A stretch of 63,671 nt of DNA, filler included, from Basidiobolus ranarum (lineage: Eukaryota), in NCBI GenBank assembly GCA_040143965.1. It is 23 parts of 23 records of this genome, joined end to end, with 100 filler letters (N's around TTAATTAATTAA, not from the genome) between each part and the next. Parts side by side here need not be neighbours in the genome. Positions count along the whole stretch, not along the records: positions 25,030 to 27,704 come from JASJQH010009955.1; positions 27,805 to 30,477 come from JASJQH010009956.1; positions 30,578 to 33,249 come from JASJQH010009957.1; positions 33,350 to 36,021 come from JASJQH010009958.1; positions 36,122 to 38,792 come from JASJQH010009959.1; 18 more parts are not named here. One strand, written 5' to 3'. A program made the translations under genes and the position numbers. Positions 25,387-36,810 of the stretch are shown here, in pieces (position 1 is the first letter of the stretch; each line of letters opens with the position of its first letter). The notes beneath the pieces are model-generated. The model did no database searches. It was given only the letters and a program-made list of their open reading frames with translations, and was not told the DNA's origin.

Positions 25387-27704
25387 TCCTAAGAAAAATA
25401 TCATTGATTTGATCTGGATGGGATCCACCCCTCTGGATTGCAAACCATCAGAGAACCATCATGATATTGGTGGCTTGCATTCTGCCCAGGATTTCGATGT
25501 TGCTATGGAGGCTTCTTGATGGTGTTTGAATGATATTCATATATGGTAATATATTGATCCTCATATTGTGCATACATCATTAAATTTCCAACAATATCTG
25601 CAAAAATCTAATTTTTGAATGGAAAATCACTGGGTTTACTGCCAAAGCAATTCAAATCAATATGCATGCCTTTATTTGGATATTTCAGGCTTTGTATTCC
25701 AGCCATAATGAGAATCAAAAAATACAAGAATCTTGTGGTGTTTAGCCTCTACATATGCACATACTTGACAGATCAAACATAACTCAACAACATCAATATG
25801 ATTTACTGGCAAACTGATGGTGGAAGAAGTGCAAACATCTGAAATTTTGAATAGCACTGCCACTGGGTAAATAGCTGACTCTTGTTACCATTCACAACAA
25901 GATTAAGCTCTTGATTTTGGCACATTTCCATAAAGAATTCAGCCAAAATATTCCCAACTTGCAGTCAACAAATGTCCTGCTACAAGTAGATGCATCATTG
26001 TTTGAATAGATTACCCCATGGCTAAAGCATTATTACTGCATATCTTCATCTATCTTGCTAAGAAGTCTGTCAAGCAGCTGTTTTAGAAATTCTATTGGAG
26101 TAAAACACAAACAAACAAGTCCAAATTATGGAAGTACCAACTATCTGTCCAAGGATTAGGTTTTGCTGCTGTTATTGTGCTCAAACAATGTGAAAACCCA
26201 TGAAGACATTGAAAAGAGCCCTTTGTTGGAAGGTTAATATCCTTTGGAGTCTCCTTAACCCATTGCATTACATTCATCACTGATTTTGCTGATACATTGT
26301 TGATACAATTAGCATACAGTAACACTGACAGTTTCACACAAAACATCAATTCACCACAGGTGTGCTCTATTAGGAACTCCCAGAATGTATAGCAAAGCCC
26401 TATAATCTTTAGGCATTGAGAAAGCTGTAGCAGGGAATGTTTGAATACCAGCATAGATTCAGTCTATCTTCTTCAAACCTGTAATAAAGTTTTCATACCC
26501 AATTACAAAATCTGTGCACAGTTGCTGTATCTGCCTGATGTCTGCCAATGTGAGTTGATGCCATAGGAATATATTCACCATATCCACAAACAACTCCCAA
26601 TGTTGCCAACACTTATCAGGCAGTCATCTTTTCTAGACTCAATTTAAATATATACAAATCCAATATTTCCAGTCTTTGAATTTGAATTAATGCATAGATG
26701 AATGGATATTGTTGAGAGTCCTGGCAAAGGAAGATGGTATCTTGACATTTTTAAGCATTATGCCAATCAATTCAAACTTTGATCCTATCTCAAATGAGTC
26801 ATTCATATGGAATTTTCCTCTATAGAGCTGAGTTGCTAACAAAAATATAATTGATTTGATCCTGATTGGATCCACCCTCTGAAATAGCAAAACCATCAGA
26901 GAATGGTAACAATATTGGTGGCTTGCATTCTGCCAGGGATTTTGATAGTGGGATGGCTGTTTCTTGATGGTATTTTGATGGTATTCATACATGTTAAGAT
27001 ACTGCTCACCAAATTTGGCATGCATTATTCAATATCTGCAATTTTTGCAAAAAAACAATTTTCAAATGGCAAATTAATGGGTTTACTGCTGTAGGAATTT
27101 GAATTAATATGCATACCTTTATTTAGATATTTTAGGCTTTGTATTCCAGCCATAATGAGAATCAAGAAATACAAGAATCTTGTTTTGTTTAGTCTCTACA
27201 TATGCACATAGTTGACTAATTAGACATAACTCAACAACAACAATATGCTTTACCAGCAAACCAATGGTGGAAAAATTGCTAAACATCTGAAGTCTTAAAT
27301 AGCACTGATACTTGGCAAATAGCTAATTCTTGTTCCTGTTCACAATGAGAATAAGCTCTTGGATTTTGGCAAATTGCTGTAAAGAATTCAGCCAAAATAT
27401 CCCCAACTTGCAGTCAACAAGTGTCATGCAAACAAGTAGATGTATCATAGCTTGAATAGATTACCCCATGGCTAAAACAATAATACTGCATATCTTGATC
27501 TATCTCGCCAAGAAGTCTGTCTTGCCGCTTTCCTAAAAACCCTTCAGATTGTCACACAAGCAAATTAGTCCAATTATAGAGGAACTACTCTGTGTCCATG
27601 GATTAGGCTTTGTTACTGTTATTGCAATCAAACAATGCAAAAACCTGTGAGCACATTGAAAAGAGCCCTTTGTTGGCAGGTTAATATACTCTGGAATCAC
27701 CCAA
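25387..27704 (-). mobile_element. Two adjacent or nested CMC/EnSpm right arms
   Basis: Degenerate termini near 25387 and 26834; the transposase C-terminal region is present twice. Confidence 0.8.
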
Positions 27705-27804
27705 NNNNNNNNNNNNNNNNNNNNNNNNNNNNNNNNNNNNNNNNNNNNTTAATTAATTAANNNNNNNNNNNNNNNNNNNNNNNNNNNNNNNNNNNNNNNN
27801 NNNN

Positions 27805-28196
27805 GAATACTCTGGCACTCCTGATGCACAAAGTTTCAAAGGCTACAATGATGCAGACTGGGGACAAACCCTTGACAATAAAAGATAAACAACTAGATAC
27901 ACTTTTCTCTATGGTAATAGAGCCATAACGTGTGATAGCAAGAAGCACCCAATGGCAGCACTTTCTGCTACAGAAGCAGAGTATATGTTGGCCTCTGCTA
28001 CTACACAACAAGCTATGTAGTTAAGGAAGTTATTTACAGAATAGGGATATATGCAAAAATGTGCTATCACTGTATTTGAAGGTAATCAGAGTAGTATTTC
28101 TTTTGCTAAAAATGTTACATATCATGCTAGAACAAAACATATGGATATTAGGTATCATTTTGCTAGAGAAGCAAGAGAGAATGAAATAATAGACTT
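27805..28196 (+). mobile_element. Copia RNase H remnant
   Basis: ALSATEAEY and HARTKHMDIRYHF.RE motifs. Confidence 0.8.
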
Positions 28197-28379
28197 GTTC
28201 CATTTTATTGAGCCAGATTAGGCCAGTTGAAAGTGTGCCAGCACAAATTGGAACAATTGGGTGCTATCTGGCAAGATGTTATTTACCACTTCAGAAATAG
28301 TAGTTTTACTTACGTGCTATAATTAGGAAAAGTGCTTTTTGATAATATTGTACATACAAAGGATGATTTGTATCTTAAG

Positions 28380-29225
28380 TCTAGAGCTCACAAAGGTATC
28401 TTTGAGTATGAATGTATTGAGAATTAATTAAGACTCTGACTTGTTTGCCTAAATTTGTTTGAGGCTTTCACAATGATATTCCTCTATACTCCCCTGCTAC
28501 AATGCTATATCTCTTCAGGAAACCAAAGCTAAGTTCTACTCTTGCTTTAAAATTGGAAAATGGCATTATAAAGCTTTTGCCTCTCTTTGTGTGTTGCTCC
28601 TCTTGGCCTTTTGTTAGCTGTCACACAGCCTAGCCTGCAGAATTCTTCCCCAACATGTGCCAAATCAGCCATAGTCTTCTCATATCTTACAAATGGTACA
28701 TGCTTCTTAACCCAAAGTCTTTTTATATGGTGTCACCCTGGATGTGGCCCACTAAACCAAATGATATTTCCATCCGGTTATTCATTAGCACTGGGAACTT
28801 TGAATAGTGAGCTTTGTACTTGCCAGAATAGAACAACTTTTGGTTGCTATTGGGCCTGTTAATTCTCACAGGTAATGTGTCAGGAACACTTCTGATATGA
28901 ACTCTATTGGGAAATACTCCTGGAAATAGAAGAAAATTAGAGTCTCTGGATTGTTTGTCCCAGGCACCTTCAACATCATTCATCACTTAAGTTAGATAGT
29001 TTTCACTTAACTGAAGCTTGGTATGGAAGCTTCTCCCACTTTTACTACCATTAATAGTGCACTGAAATCTGATTGGACAATAGTTTTTGTAGTAACAAAA
29101 AAATTGGCTAGCTGCTTTCTGCTAGGTATTGGAGTATATGGGCCGCAATATTTCTGAAATATAGCTCTTGGGGTGGTGACAGGAAGGCCAGTTGTTGCTT
29201 TTGGATTAATCTGGAACAATCATTT
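28380..29225 (-). pseudogene. PIF/Harbinger (IS5-like, DDE_Tnp_4) transposase remnant
   Basis: DTLPVRINRP...Q..FYSGKYKAH..K, GPHPG and RVELSFGFLKRY in broken frames. Confidence 0.7.
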
Positions 29226-29697
29226 AGAGTAGATGGAGAGCATGATATCAATCTTGTATTGAGCTGGTGCAATACTGATCAATTTGGTTCACATAAGTTA
29301 TTTGACTAAGAATTTTAATTATTAAGGGAAAATTTTGTACATTCTGTATAACAAAATTTCTGTTTGCTTATTTTATTCCAATTATTTCAACTATTTGTAA
29401 GGACAGGTAAAGTTAATTATAAAAGGCAGAGCAAATTTTACCCATCGTGCATAATGAATCATATAATTTGGCATACATATTGAAATGGCACCATATAGAA
29501 TGTATTATGCCTGATCAGACTATAGGAAATGAACTGTGATATTTTAACCAATAATATAAAAAGATCCCTAATTCTGACTGAAACCAACAAAGTCTAACAT
29601 CATAGATAAATATGGTAGTCATATCATGTCAAAACAAATGCGCCCTGATTTGCAATCTATTTTGGTATAGGAAACCACTGCTTCCTAAATTTCACAT

Positions 29698-30387
29698 GTG
29701 CAGTTGAATGAAGGTGTAGGTGGTGCAAAGCAGCATACATCTAATGATTTTTCAGAAGCCCAGGTATCCACTGTGGATTCTTGCTTGGATATATTGGAGT
29801 TATTGAAAAACTTTATGGAAGCTGGAGAAGAGGGCATTATACAAAAGTGGAAGCAACTTTCAACTCTGCTCTGGAGAAAATACTATATATTCATGCCTTC
29901 AGAAGTCTGCAAGAAAAAATACAACAAGACCCATCACAATAGAAAGTGTGAATTGATAAGTAGGAATTTTGATTTTGAGTCTGCAAAGACACAATTCCAA
30001 TGGCATATTTGCTTGAATGGACCAGAACTGACTGTTGCAGCCTCAACTTTAGAGATAAAAGATGTTCTAAACAGACTTCCACCACTTCTCAATGAGACTT
30101 TGCAGCAACTGTTTATGGAGATTGCAGTATTCAAAACTACATTTCAGGATGCTATGGCAAGAGTAATCAACAGGGTTGTAAAGAGAAAAGCAAGACACTT
30201 TAGGGAATTAGAAAATATTCCCAAAGGTGAGTTGGAGCAGTCCAGACTGTTGCACAGTCATAGTAGATCACTCCAAATCAAAGAGACTCCCGACAAAGAA
30301 GTTATCTCCACAAAAGAATCTACACAGCTCACCACTAGAATTGAGGTAACACCTGCAGCAAGGGCAAGAGCCCAACAAGTTAGTTAA
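29698..30387 (+). CDS. Putative Myb/SANT-like (trihelix) partner protein of the Harbinger-like element
   Basis: KWKQLSTLL...SEVCKKKYN resembles W..IA..L...QCK.KW.N. Divergent from the transposase and CpG-poor like the TEs. The start is uncertain (ATG at 29815). Confidence 0.45.
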   Translation: MQLNEGVGGAKQHTSNDFSEAQVSTVDSCLDILELLKNFMEAGEEGIIQKWKQLSTLLWRKYYIFMPSEVCKKKYNKTHHNRKCELISRNFDFESAKTQFQWHICLNGPELTVAASTLEIKDVLNRLPPLLNETLQQLFMEIAVFKTTFQDAMARVINRVVKRKARHFRELENIPKGELEQSRLLHSHSRSLQIKETPDKEVISTKESTQLTTRIEVTPAARARAQQVS

Positions 30388-30577
30388 GCAGAAAGTACTA
30401 CACCTTGCCAGCAATGCCAGCTTGGGAGAGTCAATGATGGTTATTCCTTTTTGATGAAGAGCAAGCATTTAATGAAGNNNNNNNNNNNNNNNNNNNNNNN
30501 NNNNNNNNNNNNNNNNNNNNNTTAATTAATTAANNNNNNNNNNNNNNNNNNNNNNNNNNNNNNNNNNNNNNNNNNNN

Positions 30578-33249
30578 GTTGCCAATACTTATCAGGCAGA
30601 AATCTTTTCAAAATTCCACTTGAATATATACAAATCCAATACTTCCAGTCTTTGCATTTGAACAAATGCCTAGATGAGTGGATATTGATGGGAGTCCTGG
30701 TAAAATATGATGGTATCTTGATGTGCTCAAGCATTTTCCCAACCAATTCAAACTTTGATCTGATCTTGAATGGCTCATTCATATTGAATTTTTCACTATA
30801 TAGCTGAGTGAGTAGTATTGGAATGTTGTTGAATAGTAAGTGCATAGTGCCTAATGGGAAGCTCCGGCTCCCACTGATCCCCTTTAAGAATATAATCTTA
30901 GGCTTATGGCTAATAACAAGTTTGATGTTAGACTCTCTATTTGGTGATTTGATATCAGTGATCATGTTGAAATCTGGCCAGGCTCTTGATGGTAAAATAA
31001 CGGAATTTAGTGTTGTATTTGGATTGTAGTAATGCATATGCCTGATAGGGTAAACTCCACTGATATGAGAAAATCTACAGCAAGATAGTGCATTGTGCTC
31101 ATGAAAACCTCCAAGTTTACTGAAGGCAGGAGTGTCACCAATACATAAAATGATATTATCTTTGATAAAATATTCACCCATCTGAACCCCATTAGACAAC
31201 TATTCAAATTCTGCAATCAAAGGCTCCAAGAAGCTATCTATAAGCACTGGTGTTTTAGGTCCAGATATGATGGATAGTATCAAAGTATTATGACTCTTAT
31301 ACCATTCAGAAGGAGGAAGATTTAAGTTTATTAAAATTATTGGCTAGCAAGCCTTTCCAATAGGTATTTGTTTATTAAGAAACCATCCAAAGCCAATGCA
31401 AATGCATGATCATATGTGTTGTCAAAGAAACCTTGACTTTTCAGATTCTGGTAGTGATATCCATCAAGTATATTGGTAATACCATCTGCTTTGTGGTGAG
31501 TACTTCAGTATTGGATCAATGATCTATATTTGGGTGATTTCATCAAAACTTTAAGATGGGGAATCAATGGTATGTAAGCCAAATATGAATAATATTGACC
31601 TGATTGAGTGATTGCCAATTATGGGCAAACAGCACATGACTTCAGGTTTTTCAGATCACTAGTAAAAGCCAAACAACCATTTGGACATGAAGGTAGTTTA
31701 ATTACTGAAGGATTATATGTCATACAACTGACAAGTGTTTTCCACTTGTACCAGGTCTGTGGCAAGCCACAGTTGCCAATCAACTGTGCTAAAAGTGTAA
31801 GAAAACCAATAAACACCTGGTTGCTAAGATTGGATTGAACTCTCTACTCCTCAATAATCAAAGCTGCTTCCTTTACAGTAAGTGTTATGAATGGACTAAT
31901 GTTTGCCAATAACAAAGAGTCTATAACAAAACCATTGTCTTCTTCTTCAACCTCTGTGATACTACCATTGGTAGTGGAATAACCAAGGTCAACATCTAGC
32001 AGCAAGTCCTCAAAGTTGTCTGGACTTACTGGTTTGACCAAAGTTACATTTTGACTTACATCATTCTGGTCATATAACTGTGGTAACTCCATGGTATCTT
32101 GACTTTTGGCTGTGTTACCAAAACTTTGAGGCAAACTACAGTCAGTGGACTCAATGGGCAAAACTAAAGTCAATTTAGTGCACTTATTACTGTTGTTTTA
32201 CACCAAGCTTTGTGCAGCTGGTGGCCTGGTATAGTGACCATGCTTGTAATTAATTTTCTATGAAGCCTCCAACTTCCATAACACAAGAATTTGCAACAAT
32301 AATAGCAGGGCTTCTTTAAATATTTGTGATGCAGCATGAGAAGGATATTGTGGAAAAAGAACACCTCCCATGTAAGGGTGGTATTTTAGGTATAGCCCAT
32401 CAATATCATCAGCTGATTCTGAGACGGTGTCACAGATGAGTCATCAGGGGATTTACAAGATATTTCTGGTAATGGATGGCAATTTTGGTTTATTATAAGC
32501 TGTTTCTAAGCAATTTCATTACACCAAGTTTACCATCTGAAAATTTCAATGCCATTCAAAAAGCGTTCAAAATCTAAGTCAAAATCGGCTTCCAAGCCAA
32601 AGCCTGCTGGCACGAAAGGAAAAAAACCAGCCAGAACAGAGGACTTAATTGATGAGCAGTCTAGCAATCCACTATCCACTTTGGAAGGCATTAACATGCC
32701 AGAAACTAACTCAAGTAATGATGAAGCATTAATCAATTTACCAGATGTGTTCCTTTCCAGCAATAGTGCAAGTGAAGAGATTGTAATCCCTCAATTACAT
32801 AGTAAATCAATAGTTGAGCAGAGTTCAACCAAAACACCATCAACTTCCAAAATGGCTACTTCGCCCACTATTGAACAACCCTTGGTAGAAAATTTGGATA
32901 GAATTATTACAACACAGGAATTGCAGGCAGAATACCACAATGATTTATATGCAATCATAAGTAAAAACTCTGAAGTTGCTATACAGGCCATGACAAGCAA
33001 TAACACCACAATATTGCAATTAATGCAGCATCCAGAAGCAACTAGTCAACAGTTAGAGAGTCACTCATCAATAATACAAGACCTTCAGAATGCTGTACTT
33101 GAGCTACAGCAACATGCTGCTCCCTCTGTCCATTCTCATATGGGATTTCAATCAATCCCACACCATACATATGAATGTCATCATGACAATCTAGCAGAGC
33201 AGAATATGTGTTGGACCATCCAGCCTATACAATGACACAAAATTGCTTT
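30578..33249. mobile_element. CMC/EnSpm element core: transposase (minus strand, from about 32337) and ORF2 (plus strand, 32549-33235+) head to head
   Basis: Least-decayed copy. Tnp2 motifs CIGDTPAFSKLGGFHEHNALSCCRF and IPSYFTRTP..FKCKDW; ORF2 begins MPFKKRSKSKSK. Confidence 0.9.
32338..32548. promoter_or_regulatory. Putative bidirectional promoter of the CMC/EnSpm element
   Basis: About 210 bp between two divergent ATGs; conserved in at least 5 other contigs; contains GATGAGTCATC at 32435-32445. Confidence 0.5.
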
Positions 33250-33349
33250 NNNNNNNNNNNNNNNNNNNNNNNNNNNNNNNNNNNNNNNNNNNNTTAATTA
33301 ATTAANNNNNNNNNNNNNNNNNNNNNNNNNNNNNNNNNNNNNNNNNNNN

Positions 33350-34255
33350 AAATTTTCAGTTCTTGATTCTAGAGCCATTACTAGGCTCTGAAACTCATGT
33401 GGCAGGCTATTCAGGACTGTAACTATGATATCTTGATCAGTGGTAGGTACTCCAATGCATTCCATTTCATCCACTAAAATAGTGACTCTATTAATTAGTG
33501 ATTTAATGTCTTCTCCTGGCTTCATCTTTAAGTTAAAGAGTTGTCTTCTTAGAAACATCTTGTTGGCAGCAGAACTTGTTTGGTAGGTGTCTTCCAAGGC
33601 TTTCCATACCTTCTTGGCAGTTTTAGCTTCTGAATATTGAATTAGCAATTTGTCTTCAACATTAAGACAAATTATGTTAAAGGCACTTTGTTCTTTTTTA
33701 ACTTGGAGTAAAATTTTGGTTTCAGAAAGCTTTGCATTGTTTTCTTCTCCTGCAATAGTGTCCCAGAGTGCTTTGTGTAGCACCAGGATTTTCATTTTAA
33801 TTTGCCAAACTTGATAATTGGTTCCATCCAATATTTCAGAAGAGGGAAAAGTTCCATAGATGTAAGAAGTAGACATTACAGAGAGTGCAAGCTTGGGGCT
33901 CATAACCGGCTAAAGTATATGGGAGCCTGTTGGAAGTGGCATGGAGAATTAGAGGAATTGGTGGTTTTTACTTATTGATTTATTGAATAGAGAGTTGACA
34001 TTTATAGTTTTGTCAACATGTAAACAAACTAACATGTAGAATGTGCTAAAGAAGGTCCCAGGAACATGTGTGCAAAGCTTGGGGCTTCTAGCACAGGTTT
34101 GAAAAATCTATATATCTGAGAACTTCCAAGTTGGTAAAATTATTCTATGTAAATTCCAATTGAGAATAATGGATAATATCTTAGTGAATTATAAGATAAC
34201 TAAGTACTAAGCTATATATGACTATATAGGTGCTTAGGCAAAGCTAATTTTAACA
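33350..34255 (-). mobile_element. Copia family C: 5' LTR (33908-34255), PBS GGTTATGAGCCC, gag
   Basis: Gag reads LDGTNYQVWQIKMK...AKKVWKALEDTYQ...LRRQLFNLKM. Confidence 0.9.
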
Positions 34256-34570
34256 CTCTATAAAAATATTTAGTAGAATATATCAAAGCAACTAGGGATT
34301 TCAAAGGTAACAAGTTAATGTTCAAGTGGTAAATGTGTAAAGTTTGAGTTACATTTTTTGCACAGGTGTTGATTCATAGTTCTCTATGATTGTAGCCAAT
34401 CATGTGCAACTATTTTGCAAGATCTTGAAATTTCACTCCTGAAACTGAAAATATTGATTAAAATCAAATCTAACTTGACAATTTTATGATGGTAAGTAAA
34501 TGGTCAATCCCAAATGGATTAAAATTGTGACAGTTTTCCTGCAATAACAATCCTCAAATTTCTGTTAGGG
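34256..34570 (+). mobile_element. CMC/EnSpm terminal segment
   Basis: Matches 6110-6422; ends in TTTCTGTTAGGG. Confidence 0.8.
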
Positions 34571-36021
34571 TCAAATTGGATCAGAAATAGCCCTGATTAC
34601 TATATAAATGCATCCCAAAATTGTGCCTATGCCTGCACAGCTCAATTACATAAGCCCCAGACTGTAAAAGAGACCTGGAATGGCCCTTAAACAGATTTTA
34701 GGAGCTCTGCAATGGCTGCTGAGTACCAGGCGTTGATTGACAATCAAACTTGGACTTTAACCAGCTTACCTGATGATAGAGAATCAATTGGCTGCCAATG
34801 GGTGTTTAAGGTTAAACACAGCTCTGATGTCAATATAGAAAGGTACAAGGCTAGATTAGTAGCCAAAGGCTATTCCCAAACACCAGGAATAAATTACAGA
34901 GAAACTTTTACTTCTGTAGCAAAGCTTACTTCAATCAGATTAACTTTAACAACTTCAGCTAAATTTCAGTTCATTATACATCAAATGGATGTTGAGATTT
35001 CTTTTTTGAATGGTGAGCTTGTTGAGGAGTTCTATATGAACCAGCCACATGGATTTGTGGCTCCAGAAAACCCTAAAAAAGTTTGAAAACTCTTGAAAAC
35101 ACTCTGTGACTTAAATTAAACTCCAAGAGCTTGGAATAGCAAGATAGATTTTTTTTGGAAACACTCAAATTCCACAAGAGTAATTGCTGACTATAGTATC
35201 TATTTCAGGCCAGGTAAGACAAGCCCAGTTCTATTAGCCTTATATGCAGATGTCCTTATTGTAGCAACCAATGACTTAAAGACTTTGGAGAGAACCAAAT
35301 TCAGCTTATTTGCCAAATTCAAAATGACTGATCATGGTGAACTGACATACTACCATGGAGTCCAAATTAAGATAGATAGAGCTATCAAAACAATAACTTA
35401 AAACCAATTTTAAGTGTATCCTAGATATACTAAAGAAGTTAAAAATGGAAGAATGTAATCCAGTATCTACCTCAATGGAGACCAATCTTCACTTGACCAA
35501 AAATGGCTCAAGTCAGATGTTCTTGGATTCAAATGAAAGCCAGAAATATTGTTATCAATCTAAAACTTATACTTTTATATATATTATGGTTGGAACATGG
35601 CAAGATGTTGCATATGCTGTTGGAGGTATATGCCAATATCTTCAAAATTATGACTCTGATCAAATCATAGCAGTTTAGTGGATTTTCACATACTTGAAAG
35701 GTACTGTGGATCTACACTTAAAGTGCATGTATTTTGGATCAAACTTTGATCTTATGAGATATCAGATGCAAACTGGGGAAGAGATATTGAAGACAGAAGA
35801 TTGACAGCAGGATACTTATTTCTTTGCTGTAATGGAGCTATCTCCTGATATTCAAAGAAACAACCTACCATAGCACCTTCAACAACAGAAGCAGAATACA
35901 TGGCTACCTGTGAAGCAACAAAAGAAGCAATATGGTTAAGAATACTCTTAACAGATTTAAGTTATTCTCAAAGCCTACCATCAACAATATTTGAAGATAA
36001 TCAAAGTTGTGTCAAATTAGC
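34571..36021 (+). mobile_element. Decayed copia RT and RNase H
   Basis: NQTWTL..LP...IGCQWVFKVK, YKARLVAKGYSQ, HQMDV..SFLNG and STTEAEYMA. Confidence 0.9.
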
Positions 36022-36189
36022 NNNNNNNNNNNNNNNNNNNNNNNNNNNNNNNNNNNNNNNNNNNNTTAATTAATTAANNNNNNNNNNNNNNNNNNNNNNN
36101 NNNNNNNNNNNNNNNNNNNNNTGCGGCTGTTAAGTTTGTAGCATTATTTTGAGATAAGTTCGTATGTATGAATATCCCCAAACATACAA

Positions 36190-36810
36190 GTCTTTGTAAC
36201 TCCTTTAAATTTCAAAAGTAAAAAATATCATAACATGGTCTAAGTTATATGCACACAAAAAGTAAATATGTTTTTAAAAAGAGGCTCACATTTGTAGTGT
36301 GTGTTGAGGGATGAGTGGTCTTTGTAACTCCTATAAAGTCAAAGGTAAAAAATAATGACTTGGTATCAGTTATATGTATGCCAAAAGTAAATATGTTTTT
36401 AAAAAGAAACTCACATTTGTAGTGCATGTCAAGGGATAAGTGGTCTTTGTAACTCCTATAAAATCATAGGAGAAAAATAATGATGTGGTATCAGTTATAT
36501 GCATGCTAAAAGTAAATATGTTCTTAAAAAGAGGCTTATGTTTGTAGTGCACATCAAGGGATGAGCAGTCTTTGTGACTCCTTCAAAGTCAGAGATACAA
36601 TAAAATGACATGGCAACAGTTATATGCACTATGGAAGTAAACAAGTTTTTAAAAAGAGGCCCTCATTTGTAGTGCACATTGACAGTCTACCACCAACATA
36701 GCCCCTATAAAATCAGGGGCAATGCCTTAAGGCATGTTTCCAGTCCTACACAGCTCAAAAGTTAGTATGTTTTTGAAATTATAGAGGGTTCTGTTGTGCA
36801 CATTGCTTTT
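36190..36810. repeat. Tandem array with a unit of about 125 bp (4 clear copies plus 1 degenerate)
   Basis: GTCTTTGTRACTCCT starts at 36190, 36318, 36443 and 36568; internal AAAGTAAATATGTTTTTAAAAAGAGGC and TTTGTAGTG recur. Confidence 0.85.

Noticed and set aside
32530-33009. Recurrent antisense ORFs over ORF2 (also 46506-46862 and 52024-52323)
   Set aside because: Shadow frames of the repeated transposon ORF, with inconsistent starts and stops between copies.
36245-36552. Two similar 60-aa ORFs suggesting a repeat protein
   Set aside because: They arise from the 125-bp tandem repeat, whose period is not a multiple of three.
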